Shown here: positions 34,761 to 43,186 of the stretch, one piece after another
Layout: each line of letters begins with the position of its first letter
Numbering within the stretch: the first letter of the stretch is position 1
DNA from: Acidobacteriota bacterium
Lineage (GTDB): Bacteria; Acidobacteriota; UBA6911; RPQK01; JADFOI01
DNA: 64,000 nucleotides
Assembly (NCBI GenBank): GCA_963663035.1
Contig: OY760074.1
Coordinates: 32,001 to 96,000, forward strand
Direction: 5' to 3'
Made by a program: the position numbers and the translations under genes
Notes under the pieces: generated by a model
What the model was told of the DNA's origin: nothing
Seen by the model: only the letters and a program-made list of their open reading frames with translations
Database searches by the model: none

Positions 34761-35849
34761 TTAGGCAGCCCCTTCCAGGTACTCTTGATTGTTGTACAGC
34801 GGTTCATAGGTCTCTCCTGTGACCCACAGATGGTGCAGCAGGACCGAGAGTTTACGAGCCACCGCCACCACGGCTCGCTTCTTGGCGCTTTTTCCTCCTC
34901 TGGAAGCAATCCTCTCCCCATAGCGTCGCAAGTCACAATCCGAGCCAAAAGGTCCCAGGATGTACTGGGAACTACCGACCAGTAGTTTGCGAACGAATCG
35001 GTCGCCGGCTTTGGTAATCCTCAACTGAGGATCCCGATTCCCGGATTGGTCTTGTCTGGGAGTGAGCCCCAGATACGCTCCCACCTGGCGACTTCTTCCA
35101 AACCGATGGGCATCCTCGAGGGTCAAAACAAAGGCCAGAGCTGTGATCGGTCCTACTCCTCGAACTTGCTGAAGGTTCTCGGTGTCCGGATACTTCTGCT
35201 GGCACAGTTGCTGAATCTGCCGATCGTATTGGCGGATCTGTGCGGTGAGCTGTTGGATCATCTCCAGCAGGGGCTCCAAAGCCATCTTCAGGCAACCCGG
35301 AATGTGGAGTTTGACCCGATGGGGAAAAGCCTCTGTGGAACAACTGGGCAGACGCTCCCCGAAGGCTTTCACAGATCCTCGGATAGGATTGACCAGCCGG
35401 GTTCGGGCTCTCACCAGCTCATCTCTAGCTTTAACCACCGCCAGGTCCGCTTGAGCGGCTTCGCCCCGATGCTGAATCGGATACAACAGCTCGGGATCCA
35501 CTCTTCCTAAACGTCCCAGAAGCTCTCCATCCTTGCGGTCCGATTTCTTTCGGTTCTGGCTGATGAGTCGAACCTGTCGGGGATTGGCCACGATTTCTTC
35601 GTGTCCTTGCTCCTTGGCTATCGCTTGCACCCACCGAGAGTGGGTTCCCGTTTCCAACACCACCCGCATTTTTGGCTGAGACTTGAAGAACCTTTCCATG
35701 GCTCGTCGTTGAGTCTTCACCCTACCTTCTTCCACTTTCTGTCCTGACTTGTCGATGATGCAGTAGTAGGAAAATTTGTCTCCCAGGTCCAAACCCATCG
35801 TCAGTTCCGGAATCTGTGTGATCTCTTTGATAGAATCTTTCATGGCCAA
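34761..35849 (-). CDS. IS110-family DEDD transposase/recombinase
   Basis: GLDLG, VVLETG, KSDRKD, GVGPITA, YLGLTPRQDQSG, AVARKL. Confidence 0.96.
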   Translation of the reverse strand: MAMKDSIKEITQIPELTMGLDLGDKFSYYCIIDKSGQKVEEGRVKTQRRAMERFFKSQPKMRVVLETGTHSRWVQAIAKEQGHEEIVANPRQVRLISQNRKKSDRKDGELLGRLGRVDPELLYPIQHRGEAAQADLAVVKARDELVRARTRLVNPIRGSVKAFGERLPSCSTEAFPHRVKLHIPGCLKMALEPLLEMIQQLTAQIRQYDRQIQQLCQQKYPDTENLQQVRGVGPITALAFVLTLEDAHRFGRSRQVGAYLGLTPRQDQSGNRDPQLRITKAGDRFVRKLLVGSSQYILGPFGSDCDLRRYGERIASRGGKSAKKRAVVAVARKLSVLLHHLWVTGETYEPLYNNQEYLEGAA

Positions 35850-36045
35850 GCTCCTTTGCTAAAGAGTTAATATTTTGCAGCCCAAGCTTTGGGACTGCGT
35901 TCCTCTTACTGCAGCTCATTTTAGAGACTGCCTCTGAGGAGTTTGGCCTTCTCATCCTTATCTGCTGCGGATGAACCTGGCGCCGTAGATGAAGCTGATC
36001 TTTCAGGTCGCGTTTCAACTGATAGAATAGTGCCTGAGGTGTTTA

Positions 36046-36327
36046 ATGAGAGCCATTTGGAAGAACATCACTCTTGCTGAAAGTGATCGAACTATTGTCG
36101 TGGAAAGGAATCATTACTTTCCCCCTGATTCCATCAACAGAACCTATTTTGAAGACAGCGAAACTTACACCCACTGTTCCTGGAAGGGGCAGGCCAGTTA
36201 CTACGACATCGTGGTGGGCGGAGAACGGAATGGAGATGCCGCCTGGTACTATTCAGAACCCAAGGAAAAGGCGGCACAAATCAAGAATCATATCGCCTTT
36301 TGGAAGGGCGTTGAAGTCGTTCCATAA
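36046..36327 (+). CDS. DUF427 domain protein
   Basis: AESDRTIVVERNHYFP, THCSWKGQASYY, AAWYYSEP, HIAFWKGV. Confidence 0.92.
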   Translation: MRAIWKNITLAESDRTIVVERNHYFPPDSINRTYFEDSETYTHCSWKGQASYYDIVVGGERNGDAAWYYSEPKEKAAQIKNHIAFWKGVEVVP

Positions 36328-36340
36328 GGCCTCTTTTTGC

Positions 36341-36391
36341 GACGACCCTCGCTTCACTGACCTGCTGCTGCGGATGAATTTGGAGCCTTGA
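36341..36391 (+). repeat. Kinase/TPR tail repeat R2 (DDPRFTDLLLRMNLEP*), an unoccupied IS1111 target
   Basis: gacgaccctcgcttcactgacctgctgctgcggatgaatttggagccttga. Confidence 0.85.
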
Positions 36392-36603
36392 GCTTTCATC
36401 TGGCAGACCTAGCGATTCCACCCTCTATCATTGCTTCAGTAGCCGTAGCATCTGAACTGGTCCAGGCCTACACTGGCTGGTCATTGCTCATCTCAGTTGT
36501 CGTGGCAATAGTTCCTGGTGTGATCGTAGGCTTTTATCTGGGAGCTTTCTTGTCACTGGGTATTGGCGCAATTTTTTTCTATTTCAATGAGGATGACAAT
36601 TGA
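36388..36603 (+). CDS. Small hypothetical membrane protein, possibly 5'-truncated
   Basis: Two hydrophobic segments; start uncertain. Confidence 0.4.
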   Translation: MSFHLADLAIPPSIIASVAVASELVQAYTGWSLLISVVVAIVPGVIVGFYLGAFLSLGIGAIFFYFNEDDN

Positions 36604-36746
36604 CCCGAACTGTTCGGGGGAGGGGGTGTCCCAATGTGTACGGGAGGGGTGGGTATAGTTTTAAAAAATTAAACCTATACCTGTCTATACCCCTGGGGCG
36701 AACAGATCGGGACAATCGGCAAGCCAGCAGCGCTTTTGAGAGCAGG

Positions 36747-37472
36747 TTATTCCGGCATGGGTAGAAGGGGTTCTCGATCGGAGGCCAGTTGCATGTTGAC
36801 AGCTTTCAACGTCAGGGACGTTCTCACGTAGTTTCCGATCAGGAATGTCAGAGTGACCAGTTGGTCCTCACCAAATTCTTTGACAGCCTGGCTGTAGGTC
36901 TCCGAGCTGAGTTCCGTTTCCCTCAACAGCTCGCGTGTGTAGCGGATCAGCACAGTGTCCTGTTCCTTGAGACCCTCGGGTTTTTTATTGTATTTCACCA
37001 CCTCAATGACCTCGGGCTCCAACCCCACTTCCAGTGCTGTGGGTTCATGGGAGGTCCATTGATATTGACCGTTCATCTCCCGGACGGTGAGCAAGATTGC
37101 CAATTCCCGGGTTCGAGCATCCAGGCCGCTCTCGAATCGCAAATATTCATTGGCCAGGGCTAGATGCCGGCCAGCCCTAGTACTGTAAAGATAGAAGCCT
37201 CTGGGACCCATCACACCTTCAGTTCGGGAGGCTGGGTTGACAAAGAAATCGTAAAGGTCCTGGCCATCCGCATCCAGATCCTCCCGGTGCTTCAGTGGAA
37301 GACGCGACCTGGACTCCGGATCGATGTCAGGTGGCATGCCTTGCTGGGAGGGAATCCTGAAGGTTGGGACCGGGCTTGAGGAAGCCTCTTCGGAGCCGGG
37401 GCTTGGACTGCATCCAAGGAAAATGGCACCGCTTAAAAGAACAATCAGCACTGAAAAGACTTTTTGCTTCAT
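36747..37472 (-). CDS. Carboxymuconolactone decarboxylase family lipoprotein
   Basis: Lipobox FLGC; RELAILLTVRE...YQWTSHEP; ATG at 37472 (track ORF over-extended). Confidence 0.85.
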   Translation of the reverse strand: MKQKVFSVLIVLLSGAIFLGCSPSPGSEEASSSPVPTFRIPSQQGMPPDIDPESRSRLPLKHREDLDADGQDLYDFFVNPASRTEGVMGPRGFYLYSTRAGRHLALANEYLRFESGLDARTRELAILLTVREMNGQYQWTSHEPTALEVGLEPEVIEVVKYNKKPEGLKEQDTVLIRYTRELLRETELSSETYSQAVKEFGEDQLVTLTFLIGNYVRTSLTLKAVNMQLASDREPLLPMPE

Positions 37473-37642
37473 TTCTGAGATCCTCCCCCCACTTTCTCCG
37501 CTTTTCCGATGTCCTTTCGCCACTGGCCCAAGCGTGAAAGAACACGGCAGCAGATGTTTGCCACTGTCTCTTTGGACTTTTTCAAGCTCCAGAAGAGCCT
37601 GACGCAAGTCTAACAAAGTTGACTTCCTTCGTTCTTCTCTTC

Positions 37643-37696
37643 CGCGACGACCCTCGCTTCCAGGACCTGATGCGGCGCATGAACTTAGAGCCGTGA
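37643..37696 (+). repeat. Kinase/TPR tail repeat R3 (RDDPRFQDLMRRMNLEP*)
   Basis: cgcgacgaccctcgcttccaggacctgatgcggcgcatgaacttagagccgtga. Confidence 0.85.
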
Positions 37697-37706
37697 TTGA
37701 TTCAAC

Positions 37707-37891
37707 TGTAACCATTTTGTAACCGCGACAACCCAAAACCACCCCATTCCACACCACTCCAGCCAAGATAGACAACACGTAACTACTTGGTAAATCTAGT
37801 GGTTTCAGTTGGTTAGGATTTACCCGTTGAGGACTTAAAATCCTGTGAGGGTTTCCCTCGTGAGGGTTCGAGTCCCTCCCCGGGCACGCTT
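37707..37891 (+). other. att-like site: 123-bp arm plus 3' fragment of tRNA-Leu(TAA)
   Basis: aggacttaaaatcctgtgagggtttccctcgtgagggttcgagtccctccccgggcac (anticodon loop, variable arm, T arm, acceptor strand; no 5' half); identical copy at 42044-42105. Confidence 0.85.
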
Positions 37892-37949
37892 CTGACGCGG
37901 GTTTCAGCCAAATTGAGTCTCCCCGACTCACCCTCCAAACCCCCAAATT

Positions 37950-37998
37950 GTGCCTGAAGTGTGCCCGCGCCAAACTCACTCCAACTCACTCCAGCCAA
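37950..37998 (+). repeat. Orphan arm-type repeat tgtgcctgaagtgtgcccgcg + (aactcactcc)n
   Basis: Related copies at 41921-41985, 42103-42123 and 61279-61317. Confidence 0.8.
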
Positions 37999-38019
37999 AA
38001 TAGAGGGGAATTTTGTGGT

Positions 38020-38044
38020 GGTTCGAGACCCGCTCGGGGAGCCA
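38020..38044 (+). other. 3' tRNA fragment (tRNA-Asn-like), att remnant
   Basis: ggttcgagacccgc-tcgggga-g-cca: T-loop, acceptor strand, discriminator G and CCA. Confidence 0.55.
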
Positions 38045-38167
38045 ACTGTTCCTCTTCGTTACACTCAGAGGAAGGTGGCCGTCGAGAGCAGGCGAAAGCG
38101 CCGGCTTTCACACCTTGCAACGGATAGAGCGATGTCCTACCAGCGACACGGACCCGGCAGGACTTGT

Positions 38168-39160
38168 CTATGGGTTCGGATTGGGTGCCTGCATGGGACA
38201 CCCGCGGGACGCCGATGTAGGCTCCTCCTCGACATACTGGTCTTCGGTGGATCTGGCGCGCCCCATGCCGCAGCAGGGCATCATCATGTTTCCGCCCATC
38301 ATGCGGCAACCGTTCATCGGTCCCATGGGCGACGGGGCTACCGGATCGACTTCGAATGCCATGACATAGTCCGCCAGGGCCCAGATCTCGTCCTTTTTCA
38401 GAGAGTAAAGAAAGGAAGGCATGGGTGTCCCGTCGTTGCCAGTCGCGATCGTCAGTGCTACATTCTGGCGGGTCCTGCCTCGTTTGAACTCTCCTGCCTG
38501 GAGAAAATTACGAGGTCGGATGGGAAAGCCAAAGGAGTCCTCCATGTTCTCCGCGGACTGCCCGTCGCCGTATCCGTCGGGGCCGTGGCACGAGACACAT
38601 CCCGCCCGGACATAGAGTTCGCGACCACGTTCTGTCTGGACGTTCACGGCTGGCGTTTCGGCTCCCAGTTCAACAGGTGGGCCCGGGGGTTCCTCACTGA
38701 AGTAGTCGGAAATTGTCTTCAGGTCGTGCACCAGGGACCAGCGCTGGCTCTTCGAAAGGGTGTAGCGCCCAGTCGGCATGTCGCTACCCTGTACGCCGAC
38801 CGAAATGGTTCGGAAGAGGTCCGAATCTCGGGGCAAGCTCCCGCTCTGGGTGGTCTTGAACCGGAAGATGCCTCGGGTGAAGTCCCTCGGCTTGGGATAC
38901 AGGTGCCGTGACATCATGCCTCGGCCATCACCGTTCGGCCCGTGGCACCCTGAACAGTTCCTCCTGAAGATCTCCTTGCCCCGCGTAAGGTCATGGGAAC
39001 CCAAGGGGACCGGCTCGGGAGGGAGGAATTCGGTCCAGGAAAAAGGTCGGTCAGAGTCGGCCGGCCCACTCCGATGCCCGACCCCCTAGGCATGCGTGTT
39101 GTCGGCTGAAAACAGGAAGAGGAGTAGACACCACATGGCGAGGCGTTTCGCCAGCAGCAC
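38168..39160 (-). pseudogene. Di-haem cytochrome c with nonsense TAG after the signal peptide
   Basis: CSGCH and CVSCH; GTG start at 39160 after AAGGAG; signal peptide ending THA, then in-frame TAG (39086-39088). Confidence 0.8.
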
Positions 39161-39438
39161 CGTTGATCTCCTTTGGACTTTACAAGATGTCACAAACATG
39201 GAATAGCCCCCTTTCATCCTGGCTGAAGCTCATAAAGTCAACAAGCACGCTGAGTGCCAGAAAAACCCGATAAGTAGATTTCCAGGAAGGACCGGTGGGC
39301 GATGGATCTCTCTCTGCTCTTCCATCTCAAGACGGCATGAGGGCACCGCCGTGTAGGGGGACTCATGAACTCGGGGATGGGCCAAATGGCACTCGCTTGA
39401 CGTCATTTAGCCCGGTACGGGCGAGCCTGCCTAACGCC

Positions 39439-39627
39439 TCAGAAGGTTGGTCGCGCCTCAATGCTCGGTTCGCCTTCATGATTGACGGAAACAGCAAGGG
39501 TTATAGGATTGCAACAAACGTGGCAGTCCTCCACGTATTCCTGGAACCCAATGGAACAGTCCACGACTACCTCAACGCGTTCACCGCAAAAGGGGCATAT
39601 GAATTGAACTGTTTCCAATAGGCTCAT
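39439..39627 (-). CDS. CPXCG-motif cysteine-rich small protein
   Basis: CPFCGE...QEYVEDCHVCCNPI. Confidence 0.85.
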   Translation of the reverse strand: MSLLETVQFICPFCGERVEVVVDCSIGFQEYVEDCHVCCNPITLAVSVNHEGEPSIEARPTF

Positions 39628-39793
39628 GGGTCCTCCATGAAACCTATTATGAGGTACAAAGATACATCTAGAAAGAAAACCCGCAGCGAGCTGAAAGCCT
39701 TGCCGATTCCACTTGGCCCGCATGATGCCGACCCTAGAGTGGGAATAAAAGGGGATACAACAAAGGGGCCGGAGCGCCTATAATGCGTGGGCT

Positions 39794-40954
39794 ATGTGTG
39801 CCTCTTTGTTACCACCTCCTATTATTGTCGCTGACGAAGACAGCCTCGGTCGGCTCGTCCGCGCTCTCGCCTCTTATCCGGTCGTAGCCATCGATACTGA
39901 ATCCAACAGCCTCCACGCCTATCGCGAGTGCGTGTGCCTCCTGCAGTTCTCCACCCCCGCCGCTGACTACATCGTCGATCCGATCAGGCTGCCTGGTCTG
40001 AATCCGCTCGCGCCCTTCTTCGCCAATCCGAGCCAGCAGAAGGTCTTCCACGCTGCCGAGTACGACCTCATCTGCCTCAGGCGCGACTACCACTTCGAGT
40101 TTGCGAATATCTTCGACACGATGAGCGCCGCGCGCACACTCGGCTGGCCGCAGGTCGGCCTCGCCGCCATTCTCGACTCCCACTTTGGCGTGAAGCTGAA
40201 CAAAAAGTATCAGCGTGCCGATTGGAAACGCCGTCCCCTGAAGCCGGAACAGTTGGAGTACGCACGGCTCGATACGCACTATCTCCTGGCATTGCGCGAC
40301 CGACAGCTCCAGGAGTTGAGTGAGTCCGGCTACTGGCCGGAGGCGCACGAGGACTTTGCACGCCTGGAGCGACAGCGTGTCGACTCCGACCACGCGGGCT
40401 CAGACCCGACGGCATTCTGGCTCGTCAAGGGCGCGCGCGACCTCACGCCGGCACAGGCCGCTGTCCTCCAATCCCTCTTCACGTACCGCGAAGAACAGGC
40501 CGCGCGCATGGACCGGCCCCCCTTTAAAGTCATGGGAGCGGCGACGCTGATGGAGCTCGTCCTCCGCGCCCCGACCCACACCGAAGAACTGCAGCGTCTG
40601 TCCGTGATGACGCCGAAGCAAATCCACCGCCACGCGCACGGCGTATTGCACGCTATCCAAGAGGGACTCCACGCCCCTCCCCAGCGGGCGCCTCAGGCCG
40701 ATCGCGAGTCTGACGACGTGTGCGATCGGTACGACCGCCTGCACACATGGCGCAAGAACAGGGCGATGGCGCGCGGCGTTGAGTCGGATGTCATCCTTCC
40801 GCGCAAGGCGCTCTGGGATCTTGCTCGCCGCCCCCCGCTCACCCACGGCGAAATGGCGCACATCACAGACTTCGGCCCCTGGCGGCGGGAAACGTACGGG
40901 GAAGAGATTCTGGCGCTGCTGTCTCGCGCCACGCCCTCGCCGGGTCGCATCTGA
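39794..40954 (+). CDS. rnd: Ribonuclease D-like 3'-5' exonuclease with HRDC domains
   Basis: AIDTE, KVFHAAEYD, FDT, QRADWKRRPL...YARLDTHYL. Confidence 0.9.
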   Translation: MCASLLPPPIIVADEDSLGRLVRALASYPVVAIDTESNSLHAYRECVCLLQFSTPAADYIVDPIRLPGLNPLAPFFANPSQQKVFHAAEYDLICLRRDYHFEFANIFDTMSAARTLGWPQVGLAAILDSHFGVKLNKKYQRADWKRRPLKPEQLEYARLDTHYLLALRDRQLQELSESGYWPEAHEDFARLERQRVDSDHAGSDPTAFWLVKGARDLTPAQAAVLQSLFTYREEQAARMDRPPFKVMGAATLMELVLRAPTHTEELQRLSVMTPKQIHRHAHGVLHAIQEGLHAPPQRAPQADRESDDVCDRYDRLHTWRKNRAMARGVESDVILPRKALWDLARRPPLTHGEMAHITDFGPWRRETYGEEILALLSRATPSPGRI

Positions 40955-41176
40955 CGCACATTTCGGAAATTGGCGCTGAGGAGCTTTTGGACGCTTCTTT
41001 GATAGGCGAAGGTTATGCTCGGTCGTTATCGATACTGGGAGGTGGTGGAGTGGCATTGGTTGCCCTTGGAACTGTTATATTTTCTATGGTGGTGCTATTG
41101 TCCGAGGCAAAGCGATCTAGCAAAGCGCAGCGGAACGGCGGTAACTGAACTGTGCAAACTAGACGTATATAACGCA

Positions 41177-41392
41177 ATGAACAGGGCAAATAGACTACGA
41201 GGTGTTGGCACAGCATTCGCTATTTGTTTTATTACTGCACCCATCGCAATTGTCGTAACAATCACCTTACTTCCGTTATGGTCTTGGGTCGCATTGATGT
41301 TCGAAATTGAGTCCATTGGTCACTCGGGCCCAGCTGAGTGGTGCTATTTGGCGAGCTATGTAATGATCTTGATCTGCGCTACTTTTCTTTGA
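41177..41392 (+). CDS. Small hypothetical membrane protein
   Basis: MNRANRL...two TM segments, ESIGHSGPAEWCY. Confidence 0.5.
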   Translation: MNRANRLRGVGTAFAICFITAPIAIVVTITLLPLWSWVALMFEIESIGHSGPAEWCYLASYVMILICATFL

Positions 41393-41488
41393 TTGGCTCT
41401 TCGGCGCCGGGCCCGTATATAAGCAGCGAAAGGAACGATAAGTCCTCTTATGGGACATTGAGCCCCTTGCGGCCGCTGGAAAACGCCC

Positions 41489-41752
41489 ATGGACATCACC
41501 AACAAGACTCGAAAACCTCTGAGCCTTCCTTTACCCGGCGGGAAAAGACTCTTTCTCGGACCGGGAAAGACCGGGCAGGTGTCGCCAAAAGCTCTCGAAC
41601 ACCCACCGCTGGTAAAACTTCTCGAAGCCGGCGACATCGAAACAGGCGCTGGGGGACCCAAACGTAAGGAAGGGGGCGGCGGCAATGCCGGAACGTCTCC
41701 TGGGTCCCGACAAAGCGGAACCAGTGCTAAGCGCCAATCCGGTGACCGTTGA
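41489..41752 (+). CDS. Small hypothetical protein
   Basis: MDITNKTRKPLSLPLPGGKRLFLGPGKTGQV...; protein-like composition, Gly-rich tail. Confidence 0.6.
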   Translation: MDITNKTRKPLSLPLPGGKRLFLGPGKTGQVSPKALEHPPLVKLLEAGDIETGAGGPKRKEGGGGNAGTSPGSRQSGTSAKRQSGDR

Positions 41753-41792
41753 AGGTCTCCTCCGATGCGCAAGGTCGCTCCAGTAGTACTAG

Positions 41793-41845
41793 GAGCCCTA
41801 GAGCAGTCGAGGAGACATTTCACGAAAGTATCTTCCTTGCCTCTC
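41793..41845 (+). repeat. Kinase-tail remnant (EP*) plus conserved 3' hairpin
   Basis: gagccctag-agcagtcgaggagacatttcacgaaagtatcttccttgcctctcc resembles 48809-48862. Confidence 0.7.
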
Positions 41846-41920
41846 CTTGGCCTCGAAGACTTTCATGAGTATTCTGATAGGTATTCCATGAAGGAACAAA
41901 TGCGGAAGGCTTCGGGGGGT

Positions 41921-42105
41921 TGTACCTGAAGTGTGCCCGCGAGGATCCAACTCCAACTCACTCCAGCTCACTCCAACCAAGATAGCGATTTAAGAGCGAC
42001 GGGATTTCTCCCGATTTGAAAGGTACTTAGAAATCCCACTTCCAGGACTTAAAATCCTGTGAGGGTTTCCCTCGTGAGGGTTCGAGTCCCTCCCCGGGCA
42101 CGCTT
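41921..42105 (+). other. att-like site: 123-bp arm plus 3' fragment of tRNA-Leu(TAA), copy 2
   Basis: tRNA fragment identical to 37830-37891; same 123-bp arm-to-anticodon spacing. Confidence 0.85.
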
Positions 42106-42154
42106 ACTCCAGCTCACTCCAACTTTCTCAAACCAATTTAGAGGGCCAATTTTG

Positions 42155-42184
42155 ATTGCTTTCAGGACACCTCAAGACTTAGCA
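42155..42184 (+). repeat. 30-bp kinase leader remnant
   Basis: attgctttcaggacacctcaagacttagca, identical to 62766-62795 upstream of the kinase at 62832. Confidence 0.85.
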
Positions 42185-42201
42185 AACGCCTCAATCAGTC
42201 A

Positions 42202-42462
42202 GTGTTGCGGTTGTCGATCAGTTTCCGGAAAGGGCGTTATCCGTCCAAGTGGGCAGAAAGCGGCGGCCAATGTTTGGTTTTTCCAGAGTGGCTAAGGACC
42301 TGTAGGAGCGCGGCGGGACTTTCGCAAAAGAGACTAGCCAAAGCGTTAGAGATGGATCAGAGTCCTGTCGCCCGCTGGGAGCAGGGAAGGCACAGGCCGA
42401 AGAAAGAGTCTCTGAGGAAGGTACAAGCCCTTTTTATAGAGGTGCCACCCGCCAGATTTTGA
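42202..42462 (+). CDS. XRE-family HTH protein, likely a remnant
   Basis: LRTCRSAAGLSQKRLAKALEMDQSPVARWEQGRHRP; start uncertain. Confidence 0.6.
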   Translation: MLRLSISFRKGRYPSKWAESGGQCLVFPEWLRTCRSAAGLSQKRLAKALEMDQSPVARWEQGRHRPKKESLRKVQALFIEVPPARF

Positions 42463-42741
42463 GTCTTGGAAAGCACCAAGTGAAAAGTTACGAAAAGCTA
42501 ACAAAACCTTGGGGATTCGCGGGTTTTCACCAGACCAAATGAGTGATTCATTGAGTCATATTGAGTCAACTAGGTGGACGAAAAGTGGACGGAGATTTCT
42601 TAAGTTCGTGCAGGAAGAATGGATGGATCAAAATCTGGAGCCTCGGTTCTCGAAGCGGAAAGGACTCCTCACAGGGTTCTGGACCCTCTGAGAGGGTACG
42701 CCACAACTCGAAATCCAGGCTCGACACAGCCGATCGCAGCC

Positions 42742-42770
42742 TTGACAACAATTGAGCAGAAGTCGATAAT
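42742..42770 (+). promoter_or_regulatory. Putative sigma70 promoter of the metal-uptake operon
   Basis: TTGACA, 17 nt, GATAAT. Confidence 0.55.
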
Positions 42771-42787
42771 TGAATCGTACTAGATCT

Positions 42788-43135
42788 ATGGATAGAGAAT
42801 ACCTGCGCCGCGGTGGAATTTTCTTACTTACCTCGGTGCTTTTCTTTTACCTGGCGGCGGCCCCTGAGTTTCAGTTCTTCCTGGATCTCTCGGAGACCAT
42901 CGAGCATCTTTTCACTGAAGCCCACGGTGAGTCTCACGATCTGACTCCCGTCACCGACCCCAACCACAATTGCCACAGCTGTCTCGCGTCTCACCCTAAT
43001 GCTTCCGTCAGCTCGCCGGTATGCAGTTTGCTGCCATTGGGTCTGGCACAAAGCAGCCGGGGTCACATCTTCAAGACGGTCTTTACCCTTTCAGAACCTC
43101 TGAAGGACACCAAGACCCGCGCACCTCCTGCCTGA
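42788..43135 (+). CDS. DUF2946/CruR-like leader protein with CxxC and C-terminal RAPP
   Basis: N-terminal TM segment, His-rich stretch, HNCHSC, ends TRAPPA*. Confidence 0.7.
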   Translation: MDREYLRRGGIFLLTSVLFFYLAAAPEFQFFLDLSETIEHLFTEAHGESHDLTPVTDPNHNCHSCLASHPNASVSSPVCSLLPLGLAQSSRGHIFKTVFTLSEPLKDTKTRAPPA

Positions 43136-43186
43136 GCCGAGCCCGCTCGATCATCCAACAGAAGTTTTTGTTGCCAGGAGGTGACT

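Larger units (their letters stand above)
34433..35963 (-). mobile_element. IS110 family, IS1111-type element, copy 1 (1531 bp)
   Basis: 11-bp sub-terminal IRs atgagaaggcc (34436-34446) / ggccttctcat (35945-35955); CT core at both junctions; second copy 55845-57375. Confidence 0.93.
34404..35988 (+). repeat. Kinase/TPR C-terminal tail repeat R1 (RDDPRFHDLLLRMNLAP*), split by IS1111
   Basis: 34404-34432 joined to 35964-35988 reads cgc gac gac cct cgc ttc cac gac ctg ctg ctg cgg atg aac ctg gcg ccg tag. Confidence 0.85.

Noticed and set aside
34473-34822. Short ORFs in the IS1111 non-coding end (also 55885-56234)
   Set aside because: The region is better explained as the structured guide RNA.
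37830-37891. Functional tRNA-Leu genes (also 42044-42105)
   Set aside because: The 5' acceptor strand and D arm are absent; these are fragments only.
37473-37979. Long N-terminal extension of the CMD-family ORF, and the recurring 'MAGVSWSE' ORFs
   Set aside because: These are antisense read-through of the att, tRNA and arm repeats, not real coding sequence.
37961-38911. Long antisense ORFs (316 aa here; similarly 51320-52186, 52538-53347 and 60775-61575)
   Set aside because: Shadow frames opposite well-supported genes in GC-rich DNA.
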